Positions 34,301 through 48,757 of a DNA stretch of 64,000 nucleotides are shown one piece after another. The notes beneath the pieces were generated by a model, which was not told the DNA's origin, did no database searches, and saw nothing but the letters and a program-made list of their open reading frames with translations. Location: contig OX442314.1 of the NCBI GenBank assembly GCA_949358305.1, positions 26,970,001 through 27,034,000 on the forward strand. Reading direction: 5' to 3'. The DNA is from Strigamia acuminata. Lineage: Eukaryota. Each line of letters opens with the position of its first letter. The stretch's first letter is position 1. The translations under genes were made by a program, and so were the position numbers.

Positions 34301-37300
34301 AATTTTTAATAGAGGTACGATGTTAAAGGTAAAAAAAAAATAGTTTACTAAAATAAGTTGATTTTTTTTATGTTGTTTGTGTTAATTTATTATATTTGGA
34401 CATTATTTATGTGTTTTTAGAGATGGAAACCACACCAAGCTGTGCCGACGGTGCACGATTTTGATAAGAAACTTAGTGAAACTGATGCTTACCTGCAAAT
34501 TCTCATTGACCAAGTTAAAGTATGATATATTTCGATATTTTTTGGTTAGATTATCAAGTGATTAAATGTTATTTGCTTTGTAGAATATAGAAACTAGAAT
34601 AGAAAAGTGCGAAAATGAAGAAGAGCGAATTCGGTGGCTCGACATCCGTGATACGACCAATGTTAGGTTTAATTAGATTATCAGTCGGACAGAGAAAGGA
34701 TTTAATAGAGATTTTGTCTTTTCAGGAAATGTTGGATTCTATTAAGCATACTATTGTATTTTTGCAAATAGCGAAGGTAAATTGGTTTACGCTAATCGCT
34801 TTTAATAAATCCAATTGAAAATGTTTTGTTTTTTTTCCCAAGTAGAACACAGCACATCCGGTTAATGGAATTTATCAAGTCAGACAGAACATTCCCACAG
34901 TTATAAGTAAATATATTTAAAAAATAACACTATTTACTGGACAATTATGGAATTGTACAATCAAATAGTTAGAAATTATTCAAACGGTTAAAGTTTGGTG
35001 AATTTGAGAATTTGTTATTTACTATTCTAGTTTAAAATTCGTGAAAAACTTCAACAATATCTGAAACTTTTAATTAATTTCAGCAACGATTGGGAAAATA
35101 TAATTACGTACATTTAACAAAATTTGTGAAATTTGCGATAATTTTCAACAAAGTTTTGTAAAATTTCTGTTAACTTTCAAAAAGATATGAGAAATGTTAC
35201 TAGAATTTCATCTAAAATTGAGATTTTATTTCATTTTTGATTCAAGAGATGAAAATTAATGCAAATTAGCTGAATCATATACTGCTGCAGTGAATAAAAA
35301 AGTTTGATGAATTGCTCTTTTGCAATACTACTTTCTACCAGGTTCATCGTCCGAACTCATAAGAAAACGGATATTTCCACGTACAATCAGCGAAAGCTCA
35401 CCACTGGATGCCGACGTTGAAACTGGAATAGAACCCGCTTTGGAATGCTGCGAAGAAGGTTCCTCCCACCCAAAGCCGACTAATGGAAGCAACTGGCTCG
35501 CTCTTCAGCCCTCCTCCCAGAGGATAATAGCCGGCAGTGAACCCGTGAACAGCGGATCACACATTGACACAAACTTTTCTCCATCCCATCTCGTTCTCCC
35601 CATCCCCGAAACTTCGTATTCGAGCAGCGAAGATGAAGACTATTACGATGCACAAAATGACAGTTACGATAGCATTGGCAATGCAGCTCGACCGCAGAGC
35701 CCTAGGTGATGGTAATTGGAATGTAGAAACGGAGTTATAATTGGCCCAATTTGTTTACTTCATTTATAGTACTTTGACATCGGCTTTTGAAGATGCTATC
35801 GATACTTTGCCACCGTCGCTCCACGTGCAAAGTGAAACGAAATCTTTGCTACTAATGGCTAATAAAATTGATTATGATGGTATGCAGTGTTTGGCAGTGT
35901 TGTATCGAACGCCAACTAATAGTTCACGTTCAAACGTTTTGATGACATTTGATGACATTTTCATCATCAAAACATTCATTTCCAATCGCTTTTTATGACA
36001 AAAATTTTCGTCTGAAATTCACAAAATGTGCCAAAAAACATGTTAATTTCTTTTAAAAAAAAAATTAAAAAGTGAACATGAACTATTGGTTCAAGTTCAT
36101 GAACTTGAACTTAGTTCACTTTGGAAAAAATTAGAGTGAACGTGAACGTGAACGATTTCACATGGTCATGAACGCGAACTTGAACACGAGATACAACACT
36201 GGTGTTTGGTTAAATTTAGGGCAGTGGCTACGATCATGTCCGACATGAAAGTATTATTAATACATGTCGGTTCGTTTTCGAGGTTTTATCGTCTTTTTTC
36301 TTACAAACCTAACCTTATTCGTTTTTAGCAACAAAGACTGAACCGAGTATTTTCATCAATCCATCTCTCGACCAATCACAGCGCGTCATGAAAATGTCGG
36401 ACATGAAAATAGCCACTTCGTAAATTTAACGGAGTACATATGTGTCATTCTATCTCTTTATTTGCAGCTATTTACGAAGATGACGATGAAGACGATTGTA
36501 AGTTGAACACGGTATTGGGTTTGTGCGCGGTAGAAATTACAGTGGTACGCTCTAATGCGCATTTATCTTGGTAATGAGCCTGCAGCTGTCTGTGAGGTAT
36601 TAGAGAAGTTCGACCAGGCGTTAGACGGGAACAACTGACGCCTGGAAAGCCGAAACATAATCACTTTTTGTGCCGACGTCATGGAGACGGAGCTAAGTTT
36701 CACGTTGAGCGTGTAGGCTTTGTTGTTTGCTACGTGTAATTGCGGGTCCAGACCAGGCCCACCTTTACCATTGGGCTAACTGGGCTGCAGTCCAGGGGCG
36801 CCGGGCACAGGGGCTCGATGGGCACAGACAGGCGCCAGGCACAGAAAAGTGCTGGGCAAGGGGCGCCTGAGTTTTATTAGCCCAGGGCGCTGAAAAGTGT
36901 AAAGACGGCCCTGGTCCAGACGTGTAAAAACAACGGCAACGGGTGGGCGGAGCTAATTGTTCGAGTGGCCGTTCCCGACTAACGCCTGGCAGAACCTCTC
37001 TATTCCCACTTAGTTTTTACCGTCCGCAAACCTTTGCCCGACACTGCTTAGAATGGCGCACGTAACCATTAGTTGTGCGTTTCAGTGGGATCGGTGGAAA
37101 GTCACGGCAGCGTTATCAGTCATCTTCTATCTCAAGTGAAATTGGGAATGGATCTAACCAAAGTCGTCTTGCCTACTTTTATTCTCGAGCGGCGCTCGCT
37201 TCTAGAGATGTACGCTGATTTTTTCGCGCACCCAGATTTATTTGTGAGCATCACAAACTCTCCCGACCCAAAAGAGCGCATGATCCAAGTGGTCCGCTGG

Positions 37301-38570
37301 TACTTATCGGCCTTCCATGCTGGACGCAAAAGCTCCATCGCCAAAAAACCATTCAATCCCATCCTGGGAGAGATTTTCCGCTGCCATTGGGACGTGACGG
37401 GCGCGAACAACACTCCGGACAGCGAGGCCGTCGTTGCCGACGGACCGCTCCCGTGGGTCTCACGAAACCAGCTGGCTTTTCTCGCCGAACAAGTCTCGCA
37501 TCACCCACCAAGTAAGCGAAATGATTGATTGGATATTGATTGATTGATTGATTTGTGTTTAGTTTCCGCTTTTTATGCCGAGCATTACAACAAGCGAATA
37601 TCATTTTCGGCCCACATTTGGACCAAGTCAAAGTTTCTCGGCCTTTCCATTGGAGTACACATGATTGGACAGGGTTGCGTGTCCGTTCAGGATTATGATG
37701 AGGAATATATCGTAACATTCCCCAATGGTTATGGCCGATCTATATTGACTGTGCCGTGGGTAGAATTAGGCGGGACCACGAATATCAGTTGTGCCAAAAC
37801 TGGTTACTCCGCTACTGTCGACTTTTTAACCAAAGTAATATCGACTTTTTTTTTTAATTTTTGGTTTTTATTTTTTTTTGGTTGAATGAAATTTGTTTAG
37901 CCTTTTTACGGTGGAAAGAAACATCGGATATCGGCTGAGGTTTTCCAGCCGAACGACAAGAAAGCGTTTCTTTCGGTTGCAGGCGAATGGAATGGCTGCA
38001 TGAATGCTAAATGGGCAGACGGGGTGAGGTTTTTATTTGGAAAAATCGATTTTATTTTTTTTTTGGTATTAAAAGTGGGGTTTTGTTTAGAGATCGGAGG
38101 AATTTGTCGATACTAAGAAATTGGGGATAATACAGAAAATTGTGCGACCAGTTGCGAGCCAAGAACCAATGGAGTCGCGCAGGTAAACTGATTTATTTTA
38201 TTTTATTTTTTCATTTGTGATTTTATTTATTTTTTATTTTTAAATTTAAATTTAAAGGTTATGGAAAGAGGTTTCAGCTGGACTGAAACTGAGGAATATT
38301 AGTCGAGCAACGGAAGCTAAATTCCAAATTGAGCAACGACAAAGAGCGGAAGCGAAAGACAGAAAAGATTCCGGAGCCGTATGGGAGACGAAAGTAATAA
38401 ATTAACCCAAATTTGTGTTTGTTCGAACAAAACATGCCAAGAAATTCGAATATTTTTAATTTATTTATTTATTTATTTATTTTCCTTAGCATTTTCACGA
38501 AAATGGTGAAAACTGGATTTACGATACACCATTATCAAAACGTATAGTAGAAACATCAAATAAAAGATGA
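31399..38570 (+). CDS. OSBPL9: Oxysterol-binding protein-related protein 9 (multi-exon)
   Basis: PH domain [23 protein letters not shown]...RRGCVRL; FFAT-like [11 protein letters not shown] motifs [39 protein letters not shown]; stop TGA at 38568-38570. Confidence 0.93.
36602..37001. mobile_element. MITE with apparent 3-bp TSD (PIF/Harbinger-like) in an OSBPL9 intron
   Basis: TIR agagaagttcgaccaggcgttagacgggaac versus rc agagaggttctgccaggcgttagtcgggaac; ATT on both sides. Confidence 0.6.
36754..36913. mobile_element. hAT MITE nested in the previous element
   Basis: CAGG...CCTG ends with 8-bp TSD GTCCAGAC. Confidence 0.85.
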
Positions 38571-39015
38571 AAAAATATATATATCTTTACATATAAAAGT
38601 TGTTTAAATGATTAATTAATTTGTTTTTAAATATGCAAATTTTACGTTGATGAGTACAGTACCTTTATGCCTTAATTTCCCTCGACTAAACATGCAAATT
38701 TTTACTTTGTAACGGTAGGTTTGTAAAAAGTTCAATAGAGTGTGAATGAATGTGTGGAGTAGACATTATTCTTGTAGATAAGTAAAAAGAAACCAAATGT
38801 TTTCCTGAAGAAAGTGATTCGTGTAATCATGGTTATTAAATGCAGAGAAAATATTTCTTGTCGATTGCTCACTTAAACACAAATAAAAGCACGCTTTTTC
38901 GTATTTTTTCCCCAATTTTTTGCCAAGTTTTATTCAGGTAACGCGCACATACGTAATGCTATTTTTTTCAAGTAGTTTCAGGCACGAGTGAGTTACATTT
39001 TCGCAATTTTTAACT

Positions 39016-42000
39016 TCAATCTAGGCCTTTCACCTTTAAAAATGCATCTTGAGTCGGTTGACGGCCCAGAAAATTCTTCAGCATATCTTGGGCATCCTAA
39101 AACCAAAAAAAAAAGTCAAAATATCTAGATAAAAATTGGTTAACAATTAATATATTGCTTACCATTGATCCACCTGGTTCCAAAATACTTCTCCGATAAT
39201 CCCTACCAACGGATGGATTCATGATTCCCTCGATTTTAAAACGCGAGAGAAACATATCGCAACAGTAAACCTCGCTCCACTACAAAACAAACGAAGAAAA
39301 CGAATATTTTTGTGCAAATTCATGACCACTGAATCCTTTGTAAACATCAATTTGGTACGAAACTAACACGAAGTTGAATACAGTCGAAACTCTTTATAAC
39401 GAATCGCGATATAACGAATTATCGATATAACGAATTGTTATGAATGATTTGGTTGGCCAGCCATAGAACACCATGTTAAATATTTTCGTTATAACGAATT
39501 TCAATATAACGAATTATTCGTTATAACAAACAAGTTTTCATGTACACTGTAATACCAACAATCCCTCGTTATAACGAATTTTCAAAACTGATCACATGAC
39601 TCACAACATCCTATGCCCATGTTAGGGACACATTTAGAAAAAATAAAAAAATTTCTGTTTTAAAATGGCTGCCAAATGAAAAGAAATTTTGATTTAGGAC
39701 AAGTTGAACATTTTTAATGCCATTAACAATGGCAAGAAGCTATCAATTGTAGCAGTTGAGTTTAATTTGTCCCGTTTTACAATTTCAACAGTTTTTAAGA
39801 ATCGGGATAAAATTAACATGATTTTATGAATAAATAATGTTGTGTATGATGAAATTTTATTTTTTTCAGCTAATTCGTTTTAACGAATTCTCGTTATAAC
39901 GAATCGATTTGTCCGGTCCCTTGCGATTCGTTATAAAGAGTTTCGACTGTACACTTACCAAATATCCATAATATTGAGCGTCGTATGAACCGGCTAGATG
40001 CGTGAAAGATGCCGGCATATTGGTTCTTTCGGAGGGAGAAATACCGATAATTTCTTCAAACAGTCGATTGTACGTTTCCCGCGTGTTGGCCTGAGAAATT
40101 AAAAAAATAATCAATTATTTGTGAAATAATTATCTCGATTTGATTTACTTCTGCCGTCGTGTGTATCGTTTGATCCAACTTGGCATAAACGATTTGCCGC
40201 AGATTAGTAATTCCGACGTTGGCTTTCTGCGATTCGATCAACTTCTGGATCATTTCGTCGGGGATTGGTTCGTTGGTCTTGTAATGCGCCGACATTCGTT
40301 TGAGCGGTTCCATTTCCCAAACCCAATTCTCCAGCATTTGCGACGGCGCTTCGACAAAGTCCCTCTCCACTTTGGTCCCGCTAAAAATGCAGTACTTGGC
40401 GCGAGCACAAATGTGGTGCATCAAGTGGCCGAATTCGTGAAAAAAGGTTTCCACCTAAATGTAAAGAATTGAGCCAATGCAAATAAATGAAAATCGTCCG
40501 TGTGTAAGGAATTTAATTGATACTACCTCGTTATGATCTAGTAGGGCCGGTTTATCTTGTGTTGGTTTTGTAAAATTGGCCAAAATGACCGGCACCGCCA
40601 ATATTCTTTGGTTATCGGGACCGACACACCCGTTCTGAAAGAAAATCAATTGGTTACATTTTATGGCATAAATTAAGTGATTAAGTGGTGTAACTAATCC
40701 AGTTGGCATCCGCAATTAACTAGTTAAATCTCTATAAAATTTGTGAGCAATTTCTATACAATTTGTGAGCAATTTCTATACAATTTGTGAGCAATTTCTA
40801 TAAAATTTGTGAGCAATTTCTATAAAATTTGTGAGCAATTTCTATAAAATTTGTGAGCAATTTCTATACAATTTGTGAGCAATTTCTATAAAATTTGTGA
40901 GCAATTTCTATACAATTTGTGAGCAATTTCTATAAAATTTGTGAGCAATTTCTATAAAATTTGTGAGCAATTTCTATAAAATTTGTGAGCAATTTCTATA
41001 AAATTTGTGAGCAATTTCTATAAAATTTGTGAGCAATTTCTATAAAATTTGTGAGCAATTTCTATAAAATTTGTGAGCAATTTCTATAAAATTTGTGAGC
41101 AATTTCTATAAAATTTGTGAGCAATTTCTATAATATTTTTGCCATCAGATTGAGACAATTCTTTTGATTTTACAAACATTTCGAGTTGCAAGCATGATTG
41201 CTACACCACTGAACACATTACCTGTAACTTATACACGCAAGCGTGCCCGTATTTTCCTTCTCGAGGAAATAAATCGAAAAAGAAATATCCAAGCAACTCC
41301 TTTGTCTTCTCGTCAACCGCACGAAACTGAATATAAAAATTTAATTAATTTGGTTAGTCAGTAAATACAAAAAGTACAGAGTATTTATAATTATTTACCA
41401 TTTGCACATCGGGATGCCAAACATCCGCATCTTTGACTTCCTCGAATCTCACTCCTAACAAATCCTGATAAATCTTGAGCAGCCCAGCACTAACGACGCT
41501 AAGTGGAAAATATTCCTTCAACTTATTCTCATCCACAGCGTACAACTTCTCTTCGATCATCGTCATGTAATAACGCAAATCCCAGTGATTCAATTTCCCA
41601 TCAAATCGCAAACCAAGCGCGTTACACTACAAAAATTAATAAATAAATAAATAAATAAAACGAAACAAAACAAAACGTTAAAAACACCTCTTCCTCTTTA
41701 AATTGCATCATCTGTTCCTTTTCCTTGCTCCAAACCGGCTGAAGTCGGTCGTTTAAATCGTCTAAAAACTTCGAAATTGTTTCTGGCGATTTGGCCATCA
41801 GCATTTCGGTGATAAATGAAGAATGGTTCGGATAACCGAGCAAATCCGCTTGTTTCTGACGGAGCGTGATTAATTCCTCTAAAATCGGAGTGTTCTCATT
41901 AATGCATCTAGATTGAAAAAAGTAAAAACTTAAAACATAAAATTATGTTTTCCAATTTCTTTGTTCACCGAGAATTAAACGCTTTGTCCATTTCTTGTCT

Positions 42001-43124
42001 CGTGTACGAATTCTGGCATTTCCTCATGATGGGGATGACGTGAGGGTATTTTAGCGTTACTTTGCGCTTCCCGTTTTCCAGTTTCTCCAAGCTTTGAATG
42101 AAGTCGTCGGGCAATCCTTGCAGTTGTTTTTCGGTGAATTCCAACACCGTGTTTTCCTCGTTCATGTTCTGCTGAAAGTTGATGCTCAGTTCGCTCATTT
42201 TATTCTTGATCGCTTTGATTTTCACTTGGGTTTCGTACGCGAGATGCAGACCATTTCTTTTGCCCAATTTTATTTGTCTTTCTACGTAACGTTTGGCTTC
42301 CGGGTCCAAAGTTTCCATTTTGAATTTGTTTTTCTCTTGAAAATACTCCAGTTTGTCGAAAATATCTTTTCTCATGCTGAAATCATGGAGTATAATCAGG
42401 GATCGGTGCCAGGTGTATAGAAATATATTTTATTTTGCACGAAAATGCATTTTTTTAATGTAAAAATTGCATTTTTGTGTGCCAATTTATATTTTTGCGT
42501 GCAAAAATGCACTTTTATACGAAAATCAGTTCTTTATAGGTGCAAATAAAACACTTTTAAACCAAAATGTGTAGTTTATAAGCGCAAGAATGCACTTTTT
42601 CAATGCCAAAGACGACTTTAACACGCAAAAAAATTATTTCGGAGCATATTTCTAATTTCAACCTCATTTCAACACTAAATTCATCCAATTTCTGTGCCGC
42701 TGCAGTGCTCGCCTTTCTGATCTCTTTCAGCGTCGAAACTTGTTGTGGGAATACAAGCGGAGCCTGGTGAATCGAAAAATCACATTCGACGTCTGCTAAT
42801 TTCTACAAAAGAAATAAGGTCGAATAAATTATACAAAATTGATTTAAGATTTATATTTCTGGCTATTACCTTAATGACGTTATCAAACGTGACATCTTCA
42901 AATTTCAAATCCGCTATTTCATCATAAACGAGTCGACATTTTTCGATCAATTCTTTGGTTTTTTTGCATATATCCTCTTCAGTAAGCGCATCGAAATTCC
43001 AAGAATAATTAATTCCGCTTATTTTCGACATTTCTGACGATTTTCTTTGTGATAAATAACGGAATTGATTTGATCGAAGGAGGAAGGTTTGACTAAGTTT
43101 CTGAATACACTTAAATATTGTCAT
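39016..43124 (-). CDS. THOP1: Thimet oligopeptidase/neurolysin (peptidase M3A), multi-exon
   Basis: FFHEFGHLMH zinc motif, VERDFVEAPSQMLENW, HLAGSYDAQYYGYLWSE, FLGRQP C-terminus; TGA at 39016-39018. Confidence 0.9.
39381..39949 (+). mobile_element. Tigger/pogo-type non-autonomous element in a THOP1 intron
   Basis: TA TSD; TIR cagtcgaaactctttataacgaatcgc; decayed CENP-B-type HTH (DKLNIFNAINNGKKLSIVAVEFNLSRFTISTVFKNRDKI). Confidence 0.88.
40727..41130 (+). repeat. 22-bp minisatellite, about 18 copies, in a THOP1 intron
   Basis: aatttctata(a/c)aatttgtgagc repeated. Confidence 0.95.
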
Positions 43125-43151
43125 TCACTAAACAAGTGACAATTATCTCGG

Positions 43152-43159
43152 TATCGATA
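43152..43159. promoter_or_regulatory. DRE-like element TATCGATA just upstream of the THOP1 ATG
   Basis: Exact TATCGATA palindrome about 30 bp 5' of the first ATG; DRE is a known arthropod housekeeping-promoter motif, but an 8-mer can occur by chance. Confidence 0.4.
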
Positions 43160-43460
43160 GTTCTTTCTATAAAATCTTTGTATAAACTAGGATCCAGGTA
43201 AAATTAACAAAAGATACCAAAGGCAAATACAACTCTGATTTTTATCTTTATTTTATCAATGTGACGTCAAAAATTTACTGATTTGTTGTTATATCAGATA
43301 TTTGTTGACTTTAGGTGACTACCGGTATATTGCCATCTAGCGTTAAACATTACAAATAAATTAGAAAGATGGCGACTTTATTTATTACTCGCTAAGCTGG
43401 AAACTTTTCGAGTAATAAAGAAGCCGCTCTCTTTATAATCTAGCTTTATAAACAATAAAG

Positions 43461-44915
43461 TCGTCGAAAATCTCAAAAATAAGCGGAATTAGTTATATTT
43501 GGAATTTAGGTACGCTTACTAAAGTAGATATAAGCAGAAACACTAACGAATTGATCGAAAAATGTCGACTCATTTACTATGGAGTGGCGAATTTGAAATA
43601 CGAAGATGTCACGTTTGAAAATGTATTTAAGGTAATATTGAGAAATATAGGTGTAAAATGAATTTTGTATAATTTATTAGAATTTTTTCCCTTTGTAGAA
43701 GTTAGCAGATGTCGAGTATGATTTTATGGTTCATCTGGCTCCGCTTGAATTAGCAGCACAAGTTTCGATGAGAAACGGGATCAAAAATGCGTGCAATACA
43801 TCGGCACAGAAAATGGATGAATTTAATTTTGAAATGAGGTTAAAATTACAAATACGTCCCAAAAATGCATTTGTTTCGTGTAAAGTTTTTCTGTGTGGAA
43901 AAGATGCATTTTTGCGTACAGAAAGTGCATATTTTCGTTCAAAAAGTGCGTTTTTGTGACGTAAAAATATAGATTAGCATACACAAATGCAATTTTCACA
44001 TAAAAAAATGCATTTTTGGGCAAAATATAGTGTATTTCTAACTCCTGGTACCGATCCCTCATTATATTCCATATGATTTCAGTACGAGAAAAGATATTTT
44101 TGAAAAACTGGAATATTTTCAAGAGAAAAATCAAATTTAAAATGGCCACTTTGGACCCGGAAGCAAAACGTTACGTGGAAAGAAAAATAAAATTGGGCAG
44201 AAGAAGTGGTTTGCATCTCGCGGACGTAATCCGAGTGGAAATCAAAGAGATCAAGAAGAAGTAAATGAGGGAACTTGGCAAATCTTACATACAGAAGTTG
44301 AATGAGGAAAGCACGGTTTTGGAATTTACCAAAAATAAGTGCAAGAATTGCCCGAAGACTTCATTCAAATCAAAGCTTGGAGGAACCGAAACATGGGAAA
44401 CTCAAAGTGACGCTAAAGTATCCGTACCTGATGCATTTCGACAAGATTATGAAAAAATGCCAAAACTCGGAACACGAGACGAGAAATGGACGAAGTTTTT
44501 AATTCTCGGTAAACAAAAGCTTTGAAAAGAATAATTTTATTTTTTAATTTTTTTTTTTTAATTTTTTAAATTTAGATGCATTGAAAAGAACACTAATACG
44601 ATTTTAGAGGAATTAATCACGCTTCGGGTCAGAAACAAGCAGATTTGTTCGCTTATCATCGACATGCTGATGGCCAAATCGCCAGAAAACATTTCAAAAT
44701 TTTTAGGAATCTGCTTGTAGTATGCGATAGTTGAATGTAAAACGTAGCAAAAAATTGAGGAACAATATTATGTAAGCAATTATGTAAGCAATCCACAAGA
44801 AATATTTTCTCTGTATTTAATAACCACGATTACACAAATCACATTCTTTAGGCAAACCTTCTCCGTACTTACCTTCAAGAATAATTCTATTCTACTCCAC
44901 ACATTGATTTTCTAC
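43461..44915 (+). pseudogene. Inverted, internally deleted duplicate of the thimet oligopeptidase gene
   Basis: Intron-containing copy of the first exons (ATLDPEAKRYVERKIKLGRRSGLHLA) with frameshifts, a stop and a lost second ATG. 44789-44915 is the rc of about 38740-38870. Confidence 0.88.
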
Positions 44916-45273
44916 ACAGCGTGAGTCAAATGTCTGGAAATATCTTATTTTCTTGAAAATGACTGAAGATATATCAGTTCTATTAATGTGGTTGAACAGG
45001 AAGTCGATGACAGAGTATAAAGAAAGTGATGTGATGATGTAATGTTATTGTTTGAAAAGAGAATTAATGTTATTTCATTTTTAAAATTCCTCTTTTTTTA
45101 AAAAAAATAATTTGTATACTATATAATTTTAATTTTTTTTAAAAAATACATTGAAGATGTTGATGCGAATTCAGTTTTTTCCATTTCGAATGAGGCCCCG
45201 CTGGGCCACCGTACTCAACTGCTACGAGTTAGGAACAGACACTACGGTAGGCGCATTCAGAAAGTAATTTAGA

Positions 45274-47691
45274 TTATAAATCATTTTTAAACTTAAATTT
45301 TTCTTCCAACTCAAAGGCTTGGTTAACATTTCCGTTTTTGTTTTGTTCAGTGTTGGTAGTTATTGTAGTTTGGTTTTTCTCAGGTTTTGCTTTCAATATC
45401 ATTGTGCCCTCCACATCTTCAATCATATCAGGCATTGGTTTTTTGTGAGTATCCGGGAGCAGAAGAATGAGAAGAGATGATGTGATTCCAAACATCCCAA
45501 TTATCAGAAATGGTGCTGGTTTCCACAACACATTGCCCTTGTTGGATGAATAAATTATCAAATCTTTTGCCAACTGACTTGTCACTTTGTGTACGGTACT
45601 TACCAAGAGAGCTATTTGAGGTGATAAAATTCCACCAATCCTCGTACAAAATCCTGCACTTCCCTGTCCAAAACTCCTGTAAAATATATGAGAAATTGCA
45701 TAGAATTTTCCAATTGTACAAATTTATAAGAATTTGCTCAGGATTTGGGGAAGATTTGCATAGATTTGTGAGATTTGGAAATCAAAAATTTTAATTCATA
45801 CAGGGTATTCAAGATAAAGTGAATTTGAATAATTGTTATACCTTATCACTGTTGGATAGAGTTCTATTGTGTACAAAGCTATTATAGTCCAAGTAAAAGA
45901 CATAAATATTTTAGCAATGACAGCACAAACAGTCGAGGCAGTTGTTGTTGTTGATGTATCTGTGTAAACAAATATTTTCAACGATCACTACCATGCTTAA
46001 ACAATGAAATTCAACAAAATTATTTCTACCAACCTCCACCAAAATAGAAAATCAGCGGTATAGCAACGCAGAACATCCCAGACAGACCTATGGTCATCAC
46101 AACCGGTCGTTTTCGGCCAAATCTAAAAATTCCATGCAAAATAATCGACATTTTGAAATGGCCAAAATAATAAATATGAATTTTTTTTTACTTTCGTAAC
46201 ATAAGAAAACTGACTCCGCACAAACACGCTTGGATGGAATTACTGATGACTATTGTCAAGTAAACATTACTGGCAAGCGCCGTTAAACCAAAGGAAATCC
46301 CATAAGTCACCGTAGATGCAGTAAACCTACGCGAAGCACAATTACCACAAATCGTTAACTAAAACATTATTTTACTCTACCACACAAAGGCAACGACCAT
46401 TGTATATTTTCGAATTTTCGGAGTTCGAACTAGATCGAGTAAAGTGTAATTTCTATCGAGACTATTCTGCGCTCTCACTGCGCAGTCCAGGCAAAGTTGC
46501 TCAATCTGTGCTCGCACATCGGCACTTAGTTCAATGTTGTTGAATTTTGCCATTTTACGTGCTAATGTTTCCGCTTTGTCCACCTTTTGCTGTGTGATGA
46601 GCCAGCGCATGGATTCGGGAATAAACGAAAAGTAAAAGAATGAGATTACACTCGGGATTGTCATGGCTAATTGTACGTGGCGCCAGTCATCTAAAAACCA
46701 ACAGATGATGGCGATTAATGCTATTCCTGTTGTCCAGCTTAAACTAGCAAAGATGGCTGCTTTGTCCCTCATTTTCGGTTGAAGCATTTCCATCATTAGG
46801 ATATAGGAACAGCACTGACAAAGCTACATACAAAAATAATTTTGTAAATATTTAGTCTCATCAAAAATACATCTAAAATCGTCCAAAACAAATTTAAGGA
46901 TTTAACATCAGAAATTTTTTTGAATAAATTTTTACCTGCAGCACAATTGCATGGAAAAATCGAACAGCAACAAATACCCAGTAGTTTTTAATGAATGCAA
47001 CCGACAGTCCTAAAATTGCTTGTGTGTAAATTCCCATCAGGATAATGGGCTGTCGACCAATTTTATCCGCTAAGAATCCACCGGAAAGTCCACCAACCAT
47101 TACCCCCACAAAATATATGCTAAATCCAAGACTTAGCTGCCATTTATTATCACAAACTAAATCCCACTGAAAAAAAAAACAACCAATATATTTCATTTTA
47201 TTTTTAAATAATAATTATATTGATAATTCACCTCGGAAACAATAGACCTGCGTCCAAGTTTTGGGTCATAGTCCCATCCATTAGTACATGGAACAGTTTT
47301 ATTAAGTAGATCATCCATCACAGAACAACTTTGAGATGTATAATTAACTGGCATCAAATGGGTTGACTTATAAAAAAGAAAGAAATGAATAAATAAAAAG
47401 TAGTTTGTATATATTAAACCATCCACACCCATGTCAAAGGCCTCAGAGCACTTAATTATGCAAATATCGTTAGAAATGTGGCTTAGAAGTCAACGATTCA
47501 ACGAAAATTTAATTTAATAATAAATTTTTTTTTACCTTGCAATGATGTTTGGGTATTACTCCATAAAATATTGTCACAAAGTTGTTGAATGCAATTGGAT
47601 ACGTATTGCTCCATAGCAGCAAACAAGCGATTATTTGGAATCTCCCTGGTTTACCCAGAGTCAGAAGAAAATCATCAACGGTGAGTGCCAT
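45274..47691 (-). CDS. SLC22 organic cation transporter (MFS), multi-exon
   Basis: DDFLLTLGKPGRFQ, CTNGWDYD, SIVSE|WDLVCD, LADKIGRQP, IPESMRWL, ELYPTVIR, LLLPDT. Confidence 0.92.
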
Positions 47692-48757
47692 TTTCGCGTC
47701 TGGGTCTACGAAAAGTGTTGTTATCTCCGAGTTAGAATGTTCTTTTTTGTGATGTCTAAATCCACACGCGAGGAAATAGGTACAAAAATCGGTTTTTCAT
47801 GCGCAAATCCACCTGTAGATGTTTTTTACAACTAAAGTATAAAAGCACAAAAGATAGAATGGTGTTGTTGATAGATTTGCATTTAAAAAACATTATCTAA
47901 TATTTGCTTACGCAATGTAAGGATAAAAAGCTTCTGGTGGTCATTAATTTGGCTGGTGCATGCCATCAGCTTTGTGTAACTTCAGAATGATTGTAATTAA
48001 TTTACCTTGTAAAAATTCCTTATTATTGTTATGTGGTGATAAATGCTTGTAATCATAACAACATGAGTTGATTACATAGTTCTCAAGTCTTCGTGGACAG
48101 GAAAAGGAATATAAAAAAGAGAGTAAAAGAGCCAAAGGGTTGAAATTCAAGGATGCCTGTCAGGAAAATATAGGTTTAGTGCTCTAGTGGTGGGTAAATT
48201 AATTTATAAACAGGTTTGTTGTTGGGAAGATTTTTGGTGTTTGATTTATGTCAAACAATGTTTTGTTATTGATGGATTCTGTGACAAGACTCTGAAAAAT
48301 GTTTTTTAAAAGTGAATATGCGTTTGTCTATTTATTTCACGCCAAATGAAACGAAACGAAATGATTTAATAATTCTCATTAAATAATAAAAAATGAAAAA
48401 ACACACACAGAACTATTTTTTTTTAAAATTTGGATTGAAATATTTTAAAGAACAAGGTCGGAAGATATACAGGAAAGCCATTAAGAAAATGTTGTTTGAT
48501 GGTGGCGCTAGATGGCAATGGCAATGGTCGTAATTTGACGAGGCCTAGCTCATTGGCTGGGCGAAATTCAAGCTTGCAGTTTTGTGCCTTGGTTTTTGTC
48601 GTTATTTCGTTTAATGACACGTTTTCGCGTTACATTTTCATTTAGAGCCAGTTTCAGGTAATATATAACGAGTAAAACTCTTCATAAGGGTCAACGTGCA
48701 CAGATGAAAAAAATAAAATTGTGAATTTAACGTAACCAAATGATTCGTCTTTTGCAG

